Shown: piece by piece, positions 11,801-26,400 of the stretch
Position numbering within the stretch: the stretch's first letter is position 1
Layout of the letters: every line of letters starts with the position of its first letter
NCBI GenBank assembly: GCA_040954595.2
Contig: CM082578.2
Location: 16,997,703-17,061,702 of the forward strand
From: Balanoglossus misakiensis
Lineage: Eukaryota > Animalia > Hemichordata
Length of the DNA stretch: 64,000 nt
Reading direction: 5' to 3'
The notes under the pieces: model-generated
Seen by the model: only the letters and a program-made list of their open reading frames with translations
Databases searched by the model: none
What the model was told of the DNA's origin: nothing
Program-made: the position numbers and the translations under genes

Positions 11801-14067
11801 CCCCCCCCCCCGTCGTACGGTCATCAATCTCTTTGTTCAAATCTATTAAGCCGTGAAATGTGCAAAAACTTTCATCGATGATCACAGGAACAGTTGTTGT
11901 CGAGTACACGGTGTACAGTGCAACTTAAAGCCACTTCGTATCCTGGTGCAAGCTAGGGTTGGGGTTCGGTTAAAGGCAACAAATAGCACAAATGATGTCA
12001 GAACGTCGTATACAAAATGTACGTACCACGTATCTAAACACTTATTTCAGTTTCCTTCTTTCACCGCTACATACACTTGAGATTGAATGCATGCCCCCAC
12101 TTGGTTGTGAGGTTGAAGCGAGAATTGCTACTTGAATGAAGGAAGGTTTAAGTGGAATAGGCGAGCATACAAGCCATGGCAATACAGCAGAAAAGAAAAC
12201 ACGTCACTTCAGTCAGTATAATGTCATATCTGTCCAAACGTGTGCAACCGCCAAATCAATAACACAGCCAAAAGCGTAAGAACAACAGAGTACGAAGAAT
12301 CAGATGAACAATCATGCATACTACAGCTTTACAAATCAATAACACGATGTTAAAGAACATAAAGGTGTATACATTTCATCCGTAACACTACACTTTGAAG
12401 GAATACAAAAACAAACACTGATAGTGGAGTGAAGGGATTACTCGCGCAGTCAGCTTGCCGCTTCAAACCTAACGCTTATTGTCTATACCAGTATACAGTC
12501 TGTTTCCCAAACGCGGACTGCTTCAAAAGAAACAAGTATCTGAATTCGGCGTGTGCACTTCGTATTGTATTGTATTGTGAAATGACAGAGCGAAAATGAC
12601 TTTAAAAGAAAAGCAAAACAAAGAAATGAATTGACATGTACGCACATACACACGCATATATACGCTCGTTGTTTGTATGTTTTATGCTCTTCAAGTTGGT
12701 GAAGAGACACTTTCCATCCGTGGTTTACAAACCATGCATGTCAAATTTCACGAAGTTGCCATGCGACCGCCCTTCTGTCTCCATTGTAATGTACCGGCGA
12801 ATGTACAGCAACGCATTTGTAATTATTGCTGTCGGTATGTGTGATATATTCATATCAAAGTACTCGAAACCACGATCGTCAATTTGTTTCCAGCCGAGCG
12901 CAGATACACTGAGCGATTGTTCAGTCACAACTAAAAATAACTCCGCTGTTTTATGTACCGGTATGTGGATATGTATAAAAAATTACAACATACACTGCGT
13001 GACTCTCTATTTCATGAATGCACTGATTTCGCATTTTGTGATCCCTTTTTGCGAAAACTGTTGCCTTTTTGCGTGACGTTTCAATCAAACGCTGCCGTCA
13101 TCAATATTTCGCGCAACTGCAAGAATTCACTTTGTCAAAGTTTTACCAAAACCTGCAGTTGCCTAAGTTTATTTAAGAGGCTAGATTTCTGCACACCTGC
13201 CTTCGATCACCTATAGGTTTGCGTAACATAAAAAAGACCCCACCCCATGACTACAGCAAAAAGAAGCTAAGTATTAAAGCGGGGAAATAACTAAACCTGC
13301 CGGGGGAACATTCAACAACGCCGCTGAAGTAACACAATAGTCGCAGATGAGTCTTGGCGCAAGCTTACCTTAATCACCCCGTGCAGGAAAGGTGCCGTGT
13401 GCGATGGATATTAAGGCAGAAAGAACTATAGGGTGGTATTACAGTCGCATTTCAAATGTGATTTTAGACCCATTTCCTAGGATATCATTTACAGATGCTT
13501 CCAGTCACTTTGAAATCGGTGGGTCAGATTACAAATGAAGTCGATAACTGATTATGCTAATCCACTGTTTCTGCGCCCCACGTCTGCCACAAGTGGCTAA
13601 AAAGGTACCAATGTGTATCACGCTAGGGAAAAATAGGTTTCAAGTCTTCCCTGTATGATGTCTGCGAATATCAATGTGTTTGGAGTAAGTTTATTTTCGC
13701 TAGTCGAGTACTTAATAGACGCCTACTACGTAACAGTACACATACCGCGTCATGACCAGACGGAGTAGAAAACGATAAGGAACATGTCTTGCCGCGTTTC
13801 TCTGCAGTTACCTTAAATTTAAACATGCACTCACACGCAGCTGAGACGGTCAAATGATCTCAGTGTCCCACCAGAAAAATAGAAGATTTTGCTGGATATT
13901 GTGTTTAGTGAAAACCGTATCCCAATGGCCTATAGGTCCATTTCTACGATTTCTGAAGTGTGTAGAAACTGTGTTTTCCTGCCCCATGAGTGACTTAACG
14001 AATGTGGTATGTGATAATAACTAAAATCTGACACCGACTCGAACTTCAGGACGCAGTCATCGTGTCC

Positions 14068-14083
14068 CGTTTCCTAGGAAACG
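14068..14083. promoter_or_regulatory. RFX X-box-like palindrome
   Basis: CGTTTCCTAGGAAACG is a perfect 16-bp palindrome matching the RFX consensus GTTNCC-NN-GGNAAC. Confidence 0.5.
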
Positions 14084-16969
14084 AGTGATGTGAACAACCT
14101 GAGATAATGTTTGATGTTTAAAGTTTTAATTTCACACGAATTACACAATTCGTTAAGTTGACAGCCACCCAGGGCATCTTCCATTGCCATGACGTCTTAA
14201 TGTAAGATCACAATCTCTTTTTAACGTAGCCAATCGACGTAATCAGCCATAAGCGAGCGAAGCGTATCTGCACCTTAACGGTATTACGTGTGAGATAAGA
14301 ATACTGGTTTGCAGAAATTAAAATAAAATATTTTAAAATAATTATAACATGCTCATATGAGCTTTCATCTGATATGAACAGACACGCGGGTTTGATTTTT
14401 CATGAATATTTTAACGCATGACCAGCGATATTGATGTGAAAACTAGTTTAAAGAGTAAAACCTGGACAATTTGTGGATGCCTGCAAACTTAATGGATTGT
14501 GAAACTCAAAGTAATTTAATTTGTTTGTGCCAACATACACTGTGTATAAAGTGGTCACAAAATTGAAACTGGAGAAATGAAACGATTGGTCTGGAGAAAG
14601 TAATTTCCTTAATTATAGCATTTCCAGTGTATCAGCACAAGTTACACTGACTAATTTAGGCCTATCGTATTTTAATTACTGATAAGTGCTGCCATCTAAA
14701 CGCAGCACTCGATGCAAATGAGAGGGATTCTTTGGCTTAGCATTAGTACGATTACTGCAGCTTTTGACGTGGTTTCTTGTTTCAAATGTGAAACCCAAAC
14801 TTTCCTTAATCACAGTTCGAAAACATCAAAGAATGCACCCCGGGCTATCTGACTGCACGTTTCCACCAATTACAAGGGTGTCGTGGCGCACGTCCTTTTC
14901 GAAGCATCATTCCCTCATTATTGCACAAATCAAAGTCACTTTCCAGAGGATGTGTGGCCCCAGATTACTTTTACGCTTTCCTCTCTCTCCCCCAGACAGA
15001 ATTCTTACAACACAGAAAGGAATTAGCCGTCTTGGACCCAAAGGCGCGACACGAAATTGGTCAAATTGGAGCAGAGGGAAGCATGAATATTCGTACAGAC
15101 AGGGACAGATTCTGATGCCACAAATGAAACCGTATAGAGGTTATTGGCAAGTGGTTTGTATATAAGTCCAGCTGATTCGGTCGACGCTGGGTCTCAAGGT
15201 GTTGTATTAAATACGGATTAAATGATTTATCTTCTGTGACGTACATACGTATACCCGTTAAAATCAATTATATCTTTCCATCACGACTGCATTAAATTAA
15301 CATACTACTGTCCGTGACAACGGTAGAATCACCACTCTTCAGACTCAAAGTAACTTTTGTTTTCACGGGGCACTCTTGCGCAAAATGCATGATAGTAAAA
15401 GAAAAACACTTCCATACACCAGTAAACATAACTTTTGATGTGGATTGAGTAATACACATGGTCTTTTGCATCATAAAAAACACATTTCTGTAATCTTTGG
15501 CCTGATAATTTACCCTTTTTACATATTGTCATATATTAGATGCTTTAGAATATGATATGCTGCTGCAGGAATGTAGGTTAATGAAGAAAGATTACTGTAA
15601 GCCACCGGAAGATCATGCGCTTCTTGGATATTGTTCAAGACAGAAGATAAAGTTTGATCTTAGCCGAAGGAGTACGTCAGTTCTACAGAATACACGTACG
15701 GTACACCGCATCACGGGGAAACATAACTTCTGTGCCCTGCAGACAGCACGCATTTGTCATGGGGTTCTGTGATTATTGCATGATGAACTCCCTCAAATTT
15801 AACGAAAATTGAAATTTTGCCCACGGAGTCGATTTCTCTGTAGTGACGCGTCGCTGAAAACGCAATGCAGATGAAACCGTCAGAGAATGGCCAACAAGCT
15901 ACAACACAGCTGCGTATTTGTATTGCAATGATGTAAAGTAAGTTAATATTTGTGTCAGTTCGTCGTTCGAGGGGTCTAATTATCTGTGATGGTAATGTAA
16001 AGAAAATACGAGGAGAGCGACTTGGTACACCCACTCATGATTCACATGGATTGGGATGGATGAAGTGTTGTATATGTATTTCATTGTTGGATTATTTGAA
16101 TAATTCCAATCTATATTCCTAAAAAATCCCAGGTAAAATGTCGTATTTACATGCTATTGGCCAGTTGTAAGGACAAACACAGAACAGGACAAGACAGCAT
16201 ATACAAAGTACACAGAACAACATCAAGTCCATGATAGAAAGGTAATCTTGAAGGACTTATGGCAAAAAAGACCCAATTGACCTAATTACTTTCAAGTGCA
16301 AATGTAATACATGTACATTTTAATGCAGGATCTACAAATGTCAAATGTGGGTACCATATTCATAGCGGACAGAATCTGCGACAGGGGTGTTGGATTGCTT
16401 TCAGCATATAAAGTAAACCCTACCGATAATACTGCCTGCCCTTACAAACAATAAACCTGGCAGAGTGGTGTATAATGCTGACGTAGGTCCCCACAGAAAT
16501 GGCGCCAAAATCCTATTTTGTATGCAAAATGAACTGAAATGACGCCAGATGGAATAGAATCAACCATGCGAGACAGCGGGGATCTAAAAAGCCACAGAGT
16601 ACTTTATGGCTTGAATGGTTTCTACAATACATACTTCGTAATGATCACGGAACAACGGTTAGTTTGCGTCAGAAAAAAAAATACTTCAGACATGATAGCC
16701 CCAGATAGGAAATCGAACTTTTAGTGTCAGAGAGGTAATCGCAGTACATTAAAATAGGCGCCTCGGTGACATGGTTTGTATTTTAGAACATGTTCCTATG
16801 GTGGAAAGACAAGATGAGATGATTTCACTTCAGTGGACAAAAATAACAACTAACAAACTTCTACAGTACTTTAAAAGTATGAATGAGCTTTGGCTATCCA
16901 CATGCATTCGCTCTGTAAGGATAATCTATGGTTGTACCTACCTGTAAACTACCTACCAACCTACCTAGA

Positions 16970-17135
16970 CATACATACATACATACATACATACATACAT
17001 GCATACATACATACATACATACATACATACATACATGCATACATGCATACATACATACATACATACATACATACATACATACATACATACATACATACAT
17101 ACATACATACATACATACATACATAACATAACATA
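16970..17135. repeat. (TACA)n microsatellite
   Basis: Directly visible, with a few TGCA interruptions. It explains the spurious HTYI/MYVC ORFs. Confidence 0.97.
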
Positions 17136-17659
17136 ATTGAATTATATTGATCTGATACGTGATGCTGCTTAGTAGAATATACATGTATGATCAAGACCCG
17201 CATAATTCTTCAAACATATTTTACGAGCTGTATATTCATGTACATGTATTAACATTTTGACGTATGCACTGTAAACACAACGCGTTGTCTGACGTCATGC
17301 ATACTACTCAGTTTTGACTGTTATCGCGATAGAGTGTGGGCAGTTTCGTCCACTATAAACCGACAAATTTCTATATAAAACAAAGAAACAGTAATCTTCA
17401 GCGCTCTACTGTCGTTTGGTGATCGCTATGCCAGTGTTTAAAAATAACAACATGACTTTCTTCACACCCATCATATATACATAACTCTTTAACAAGAATC
17501 AATGTGTGATGTTCATCTAAACGTGTCACGTAATAATAACATTACTCCATGTTTTCTATAATGATCAATTTCTTCCTTCAGAACAGACACGAAGACTCGA
17601 ATGGCATATTTGAATTTAAGCCAATTGGCAGTGTGGCATCCAGAACGCCATTATAATTG

Positions 17660-17760
17660 CCACTCAGAATGACAAGCGCCAGGACCTTTGAGGCTATGGC
17701 TAATAATGAAATTGGTCGATAATTATCTTTTATCGCCAATTTTATTGCATTTATCCATAA
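17660..17760 (-). mobile_element. Degenerate non-LTR retrotransposon (LINE, CR1/L2/Jockey-like) RT fragment
   Basis: Translation contains KDNYRPISLLAIASKVL, the typical LINE RT motif NYRPISLL...SKVLE. Flanks are decayed. Confidence 0.75.
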
Positions 17761-20388
17761 CGAGTGGGACCAAAATAACTTCAGAAAGCCTGTGTCAGGC
17801 AGCACAACATGTGTAAAGATTGCAGTGAAACACATGCTCATTTGCATTGACAACTTTTTTTGCTGGCATGTAATAATTGCTTACCAAGGAGGTATAGTCG
17901 TGACCTGCAGATTTATACATGGCTGTAATTTACCAATGATATTTTACACATCACTAGAAATAACGATGACATCGTACAGTTACACCATCAGATTAATGAA
18001 TCTTATTTCATCCACAAGACACCCACACCACAAATATACATGCGACTTAAATTGATTCAGTCACTGATTGCCAACCGGTAAGATTAATTCAAGTTAATGA
18101 GCGTAGTTTGGGTCATAAACAATTGTTTGGTTGGGTTTTGATTTTAGATTGGTGTTGGCATGTGTACGTGTAAGTGATATCCTTAAAACACTCTACAACA
18201 AAAAAAATCAAGTACAAATTTTACCTGTACTAGCTGTTGCCATATGCTTCGTTAAATCTCTTACTGTTTTTGCAATATTCAAAGTAAAATGCCAGTCGTC
18301 GAGAGATGTTAACTTATACGGTACATATACATTATATATTAATGCATTTTTGGGATTCAAGGAGTAGAAACACATCACACATACGTGCGAGACAAAATCA
18401 TAACTATTATCTTATCTAGTTTGCACGCAAACTAATAGACGTTGAGTATCAAATAAAACCAAGAAAGTATACTTACTCTAAATTACGAATTTTAAAGACT
18501 TTGCAAAACAATCGTTTGTGAATGCATGTAATACTTAAGTCCCTTTTGATATTTTAGAGCCCCAACAGAAAATAAACCAACAATATCAACTTTACTTCAT
18601 TCAGCTAAATCTACACACAATCAGATTCCATTAATATGTGGGGGGAACCAAGGGTATCTACATGTATAGAATGATATTCTTGTCTTGGCACAATCGATTA
18701 CTCAAACATCTATAGAAAGCCACAGTAGTGGATACATTTTACTGACTATGTGCGTGTAAGTACAACACCTTCAACAAGAGCATCATTAATGATTAATGTG
18801 AAAAAATCAGGTGATATATTTTACGCGATGCTTGCTTAAATAGGAAACAAACAAACAAAAATACACAAACACGTAAGGCAATCAAATACAAAATAACCCA
18901 CCTATCCTGTTTGGCAAGAGTGAATAGAATTTCCAAGCTTAGGCCCCAGAATCTCAGAGGAGAATAGTTTGTCTAATGGAGACGGAAGCAGTTTTAAGTT
19001 GTGTCGAAACGATCTAAGCTACTTTATGAAAGACAAACTACGTCATCTTTCCATGATGTAGACTGCGTCACTTAACTGTAGGGTCCAGTAAATTGTCGGA
19101 AAGGAATTTATGTTCTGAAATGCGTGTAATCAGCAGTGGCCATTCTCTTGATGTTTGATTTCATCAGTGAAGCTAATTTTCTCGAGCGATTATTGGTTCA
19201 CACCAGGTAAGGCAGATTAAGTGCCAGTATTCGTTGCAATGGAAATATCAACTAAACATTCGCAGCTTGTTTTCCTATCGTTTGTAAAGAGCAGCATCAT
19301 AATCCAATGTCATTGAAATGTTTTCCTTGGTGCCACAATAGGTATTAATAGCAGAATTAATCCCTTTCCAGGTACGATGTGATATTTGTCATCATCCACA
19401 GAATGAGTGTCTGATACGTGGCGTCAAATCTTTGAACAAATAACTGTTCATTATTAATTGTGGATTAATTTTCAGCCAGACCCGTTAGGAATAAAATTAA
19501 ATGTCATATTACATACACATCTCCAATCCACATTAATGTATTATAGTACGTGTGCAAAGCATTGAATGAATTTATGCATGGATGTACGACATATATAGAT
19601 TTTATCGTGAGGAATTTGTTGAAGTTCTGCTCAAAATATTAAATAAATGATCCACTCTTCCTCATTCTTGTCAAGGACAATATCATTAACAGAGATCCCT
19701 CATTAACTCGTTTGATCACTCAAAGATAAGCTAGTTATTCATGGGCATGATTTCGAATTAGAATTGTAGACAGCGATCGGAAGAAAGTCCAGGTAATCCC
19801 AACCTGTAATAAGACACCGGAACTCGACAAGGAATTTCATTTAAACAGACAACAGAGGAGGCTGTAAAATGGGAAATACCAGCAACATGTTACTTTTACT
19901 ACTACCAAAATAGTTGTCAAATGCACGAAAAATGTGCAACGGTGATGATGGACATAAACGTATGAATTTAATGAGCATGGCTTGGGTTTGCGATACAAAT
20001 ACTGTAGTATTTTTAATATCCATTTATTTGCATCTATGATACGTTATAAAGGAAGTCACATAAAATGCACCTCAATTTGAGTAAAACATTTATAACTTTG
20101 AAATGTATGTTGATGCTGGAGAATGAGACACCTGGTCAGCCCCAATAAACACTTAATATTAAGTGAGTGAGAAACCGGAGAGTAAATGTGACAACATTAT
20201 CCAAAGAAGGCAAGTAACCAGATATTGGAATTGCCGTTAAGTGTTCATATCAATGTTGCCAACAATATGCATACACACATACATAATATAAACGTACATA
20301 CTATCTTCCCGAATTTGGGATGCAGTATCTGTTATAGGGTGCTTCCATTATAAGAATGACAGAGAACTTTCAGAACCTCTAAAAACTG

Positions 20389-20473
20389 GAGAGAGATAGA
20401 GATACAGACAGACAGCAGAGATACTGACAGCAAGACAGACATATAGGAAGACAGACAGACAGAGACAGTGAGA
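20389..20473. repeat. Degenerate (GA)/(GACA) simple repeat
   Basis: Directly visible. Confidence 0.75.
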
Positions 20474-23400
20474 CTCAAACTCAATTCGAATTTTCACCTT
20501 TTTGGTTTATTAGCATAGATGACTGTAATATAGCAAGTGGGAAATATTTTTGTGTGTCCATGTTTTCTGCTTGTTCTAAAGGAATATTTCATATTACCAG
20601 TGCACGCACGGCGCCGCATACATGAATACCCAGTCAAGTGTTGACAAATCTAAACTGCTTATTTGGAAAGATAATAAATCACAGTTCAGTCATGTTCATA
20701 AAGTTTCGGCTAATACATATTTATTTGAGTCAATGGTTTGGAAACTAATGTTCAGACTCTGGGCAAATTATTTCAGGTTTTGAATAATTTCCCATCTTCG
20801 GTAAAATTATACTTAACACAATGGGAGCTATTTTGTGATTGTAAGTTAATTTCCAATCATGTTGAGTGAAGTACTGCGCTATTCTCTGTTCTATTTTTTT
20901 GTCACTCGTCTATGCGAAAAGGTTGCACATGTAATCCCTTGTATATTTCCCTTTCTAATTCAGTTTTGTTTGCCTCTTGGGTGTATATTGGAAAGCAGTA
21001 AACCCCTTTGGTTCCCATACAAGCTACATGTGTATGCTATAATGTCATTATCATTCTCTGTTGTCTATAAGTGTTAACATTGTAGGGCCAATCTGTTTTC
21101 AAACCTACACTTTGATACTAAAAGATGTGGGATTTCAAAGTGTGATAAAAACATATAGTGAATGAAGAATTGGTATTCTACTTGTCACGAGTGCCGGAGC
21201 ATATATTCATCCGAGTCGGAATAGGACATTAGAAAATAGGCAAAGGTTTCGCGTACTACAGGCTAAGTCCTGAAACCTACATTGTAAAAGGGTGAACATC
21301 TAGGCTAACTGTGATAGCTTTTTTCTCCGAGGATACCCAAGAGTGTAAATTATAGAGTATAAAATTGTGGACCTAGCTGAGCTGAATTTCATTAAAAGAC
21401 AAATACTGATTTTCTGAGACTGCATCAAGTAATTACAAGCTTGAGTGCTTTTTTGCCTCGTCAATGATGAACCTGAGCCGGATGTAAATAAGAAATGCCT
21501 TTGGTGATTGAAGCAGAACTTATTCTGTGAAAAAGGCCAAGTTCTATGTCATTTTACATGAAGCACTTACGCGCCGTATTATAAGCTTGGGTGAATGTCA
21601 TGCAGATAGATGCATTAAGCTTATACACATTCAGGTGGCATTAGTTGCTCTCTCCCAAGGTAAATTTCTATATAGACAAATGACAGAATGAACACAAATG
21701 AACAAAATCACAAGTCACAAAAAGCCTGTGTAGACAACCTGTAATTGAAGTGAACCGATCTAGAGGTACGGTGGCGTGTATGATGTGGTAACAGGCAAAA
21801 GAGAGACGAAGCATCTGTAATGTGAATCAGAGCTTTAACAAGAATTTCCACCATATCCCATTATATTTCCAGTCTCCAATTACGCTTACACCGACATTAT
21901 ACCTCGGCGGAGTCTGTGCAGACGACTTATAGACCCAGGTTGAAAAAAGTGTCCTTTCTACATTTTGAAATTTAACTGCTGTTGAGTTGTTTACCTGACT
22001 TAGGTCCGTGCAACTGTGTTATGAAAGTTGAAACTTTGCGACATTGGCATCATGTTCAGCTAATCTGTCCATTCAATTCACGCGCAATATAGAAAGGGGA
22101 AATTCATTGATGCCTATGGTACAGTATGCACTCAATCGTATTAATAGTTCATTCGTTAAAGGTTGCCTTGATCCGTTGAAAAACATATTACAGCCACACC
22201 AAAAGCAGGGTGACGGTAAATAAATGAAAGCTAGTTATCTTGAATAAAAACTATATTCCCATATATTGGTCGAGTGGTTATTAAAAACAAAGCAATATTG
22301 CAATATTACCGACAAGGAATGGTATAAGTAAATGTGTGTTATAAATATTGTTGAGCAAACGGGATTGAAATGCCATATCATACAAGGTCATTATTTTAGA
22401 TTACAGAAGGTAAAATTAGAAAAGTCTCAGTATATGCGGGCAGTAAGCAGCTGGAAAAGAGCCGTAAATACACAGTATATTCTACAGGTAATACAAGAGA
22501 ACCGCAACGAGATACGCTTACCGTTCTAAAACTGTGCTGTGTGTTCGGCAGCAAGATTTCGAAGAATTCAGGCAAGTGGTTGTGGCTGACAAGTCTGAGG
22601 AATGCTCAAACCATCTACATGTATCTTCAAATCGCCTGTCTTGTTTCTGTCTTGTCAATGGAATTCATGCGTGTTTACAGGACCACTGTACACTGCCCAA
22701 TTAACATACACGTCGTTTACCGACTTCATAGGTGATGGTGACGACAGAGTGCTTTGACATATCGCGTATGTGGCGCATATCATCAATTTATGAACAACAC
22801 ATCCTAGTAGTCTGCATGTGCATGACATGCGCACATGGGGATTTATCTGATAGGTTGTTGTGTGTTGATGACCAAGCCATGACACTTGCTGCATGCCTTC
22901 ATTGAAATTCAATTCTAAGCATTGTATGAAGGGAACAGTTGTGTGGGATTTAATTGGATCGTAAATACCAGGTATAAGGTGAACTGCTCTCCGGACCCAA
23001 TGGATGGGTGCACCTGATACTTATATGAGGTGTCGGTGACCAATTAAAAGATAACGGCTCAGGTCCCTATACGTGTGAAATGTTCAGGAGACACCCCCAA
23101 CGCCACTGATGTTTGTCCAAAGAGACAACAAATGCAGGTTTTTTGACACTTTCACAAAACTGATGACGCCAAGGACATACTTCAAACACGAATCACAGAG
23201 AAACCTCATAGGTGTGTTTTTTGCCGTCAGAGGGGCTTGAATCAGAAAATTGGAATGAAACCGTCCCCTAATTGATTTTCATGTCGTGACCGCATCTCGA
23301 ACACGATAACCTTGTGAATGAAGTCCTCTTAAACAAAATGCCAGGCCTGTAACCCGTCCTATGCAATTACTCCAAATGACTGTTTCCAGTACGGTTTGCT

Positions 23401-26400
23401 GTTGAAATAGTCTTTGTAGTCATTTTGAGTTTTTAAAAAATACCATTGTATTTGTTTTAATGAAAGAGCCTATTCAAACCTTAACGATAAAAGAGAGTGG
23501 ATGTCTTGATTCTCTGCAACTCAGAGAATAACTTCATTGAAAATTATTGTTTTGTCTCTGTAAGAATTAAGGATGCTCAAGACAAGGAAGTATAATTTAA
23601 GTTCACATTATAGCCATAATTTTAGCCCATATTTTTTCGCAAGTGTCATACCATATGTTATACATGTGTAGAAGAATATTAAACCATGTTTAAAACAAGG
23701 TTTTCTAACCTGAATGTACTGATGATTATTGTTCAGCGAGTAGAGTAACTTAAGGGACATTTGCTATATACCCAAAAGTCTCACGTTTTAAAATTGGAGA
23801 TTAATATATAAGAAAAAAATATATTAAGAATTTTGTTATTCAATACCTTTGCAAGACTTCATGAAATTGCTCCAATGCGTAACAGAAATTCTGGTCATCT
23901 GCCATGTACATTGTACATATATGAGACGGAACGTGCTAGAAAGTCGTTAGCGTTCAGTTCAATTTGAACCGGCTTTCTGATTACGAGTTAATGACCTTTT
24001 TTTTCATTAGATCGGGTTACTCGTATATCTGCTGTTTTGCTGGCGGTAGGTCACACGGTGTCTTATAGATTTAAGTTTCCATAATTGAAAAGACATAATG
24101 CCAATCAGGTTTCATCACCGCTGTGACCTTCAGGAAAGAGATCCATCCTTAAATTGTGTGCAATAAACCCTGTAAATATGCAGTTTATGCAAGTATTGAT
24201 TTAAATGCATAAACCCCATAATTAGCCAGTAATAGCTATCATTAGAGCGTGGCGGTTGATCCCTAAGGCTTGTGATGAAATTACTTGGTTGTAGTCAAGG
24301 CGTGTGTAGAGTATATGCCTTTTGTGTGAATGCCCGATATTCGTGTGAGTTATTATAGGCTGTACATGGAAGCAAGGTCTTGACCGAAATTTTAACGTTT
24401 CAGCACACTGTTTGAACTTAAGTTTATCAGTTTGACAGTTCTTGAATCTAGTTTATGTGACGTGTGATGCTAATCAGTTGATTGCCGCTGCAGAAAAAAC
24501 CCACAAGCAAATTATATGATTATGAGAGTCTTCAAGATGGACAAAGTTTGACTACATTATACACTGATGAAATAGGGGGGATATCTTGGACGTGTATGTG
24601 TTGGTTGTCTGTGCTGTGCTGTTTTGTGTTTTCTTGGTGCTAGCCATATACCGGTATGTGGAAGTGATGTTGGACATACCACTCTGCTCCTGTATAGACG
24701 AGTCAACAGAATGTTGAAACCAGTTTTCTGTTTTGCCTACATGCCAAGGTAAATGTGACTTATGCTATCAGGACTACCGTATGTCTGATGTTGTAGGCAA
24801 TCTGGAACATGAAGTAGACACGTAAAATCAAATCCAATTTTGCCGCATGTAGACGTCTTCATACGTGGGGCCAACATAAGTTTTTGTACTTTTTAAAGGA
24901 AATGTTGTCTTCAAGTTAATTGCAAAAGAAAACACAGACCCGCTACTTGAGTTTGAAAATCACAACACGTATTCATTTCACCTACTCTTATAGCAGTTAC
25001 CTAATTCAATTCAATTGTCACGTTTTACAACCATCACCGTGACAACGTGATGTTTTCACCGGTGAACCAGGTGGACCCAGAATGACTTTAATCAATGTAC
25101 AGGAAATCACTAACGCCATTTTCAATGGGAGTTCACAAAAACTACCCTCTTCAGAGAGGTTTATAGCCACAGATTTCTTTATGGAGCTAATTGGTCAATG
25201 TTGGTGACATTATGGCACCATTCAATATCATCTCTGTGCTTTCTAGATTTGAATGGCCAAGATGCTGGAAACATTTAACAGAATTTAAATCATTAAGTTC
25301 ATAAAAACCAGAGTACCTGGTGATAACATTATTCAGGTGTGTCTTGCCCACACAGTCATTGTATTGAGCAGAAGCTTGCATTGAGACATTTCTAGGCCTG
25401 ATAGTTATTGATGAAGCGCGGTTCAGCAGAAGATGATGATCCGAATATTGAGAACAGGTTAGAACTGACAAGCGGGAGACATAGAGAGCTATACAAATAT
25501 TGAAGGTTAAACCTTGCAAGCTGTGGATGAGTTAACTTCAACATCATGCTGTCTCTCATTGTCTGTACCAAGAGCCACAGCTGTGCATTAATCGCCAGCA
25601 AAGGCTATACATGTGTATAGTACATGTATATGGACCTCGACATTTGTGGCAGGGCTAAACAACATCAACACTTGCGGCTGAGATGATGTCAACACATTAT
25701 AATAAGCATGAAGAAGCGCGGTTTCTCGACAGCAGGCACGCATGTTGCTGTAAGCTAGCTGGTACATGCAAAAGGAGAGAATTTGAATTGTTCAGGCCGT
25801 TGTAGACTATTCGGGCGAATTAATAGACTCTCTCCGAACAGGTCAATAGGTGACATCTTCGAATCCTTGAAGGGTTCGCATGCAATGCAGATCGCGAAAA
25901 AACGTGATAAACAACGAACAGATATAAGGGAGATTAATGCACCGTATGTAATGCCCTTATCGTAGTTTTCATGGGCGAATAAGTCCTTATTAACATACAG
26001 TCAACTTTAATGTTAGGCGCATGCTTTGACCTTACGTTGTTGCACAATTGTCTTCTGCCAGGTAATCAAATACATGTAGGCATTTCACTGCATTTTTTAA
26101 AAACTTTTTAATCTCAAAAGTGGTTTGAGGAAACGGCCTACAAAATAAAACCTTTCTGAAATAGCAGTTTTCTATCAAATTGCAGTTTTCTATCAACTAT
26201 TGAAGTCCTGATTCCCAAAAAGAATGAGAGATAAATATATGAACATTGCCATTTTATTGCCGATAACTTACAGAGGTACTCTTTTATATTCTTTGGGGAG
26301 ACAGGAGCATCCCCTGTTCTTTTCATTTAGAGACACTTTTTACAGCTCCCATGGTATGTGTACTACTTCTACAATCCCTCTTGTATTTCCACAGGTACTT

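Noticed and set aside
12636-15165. Longer plus-strand ORFs (146 aa and 133 aa)
   Set aside because: No domain motifs, atypical composition and no supporting splice structure.
16890-17203. Repetitive HTYI/MYVC ORFs
   Set aside because: They are translations of the (TACA)n microsatellite.
17626-17665. TGGCAGTGTGG, matching the miR-34 5' end
   Set aside because: The match stops after 11 nt, there is no proper precursor hairpin, and it is adjacent to a LINE relic.
25371-25436. Plus-strand peptide LGLIVIDEAR resembling a helicase Walker B motif
   Set aside because: It is flanked by stops within about 20 codons and no other helicase motifs are nearby, so it is likely chance.
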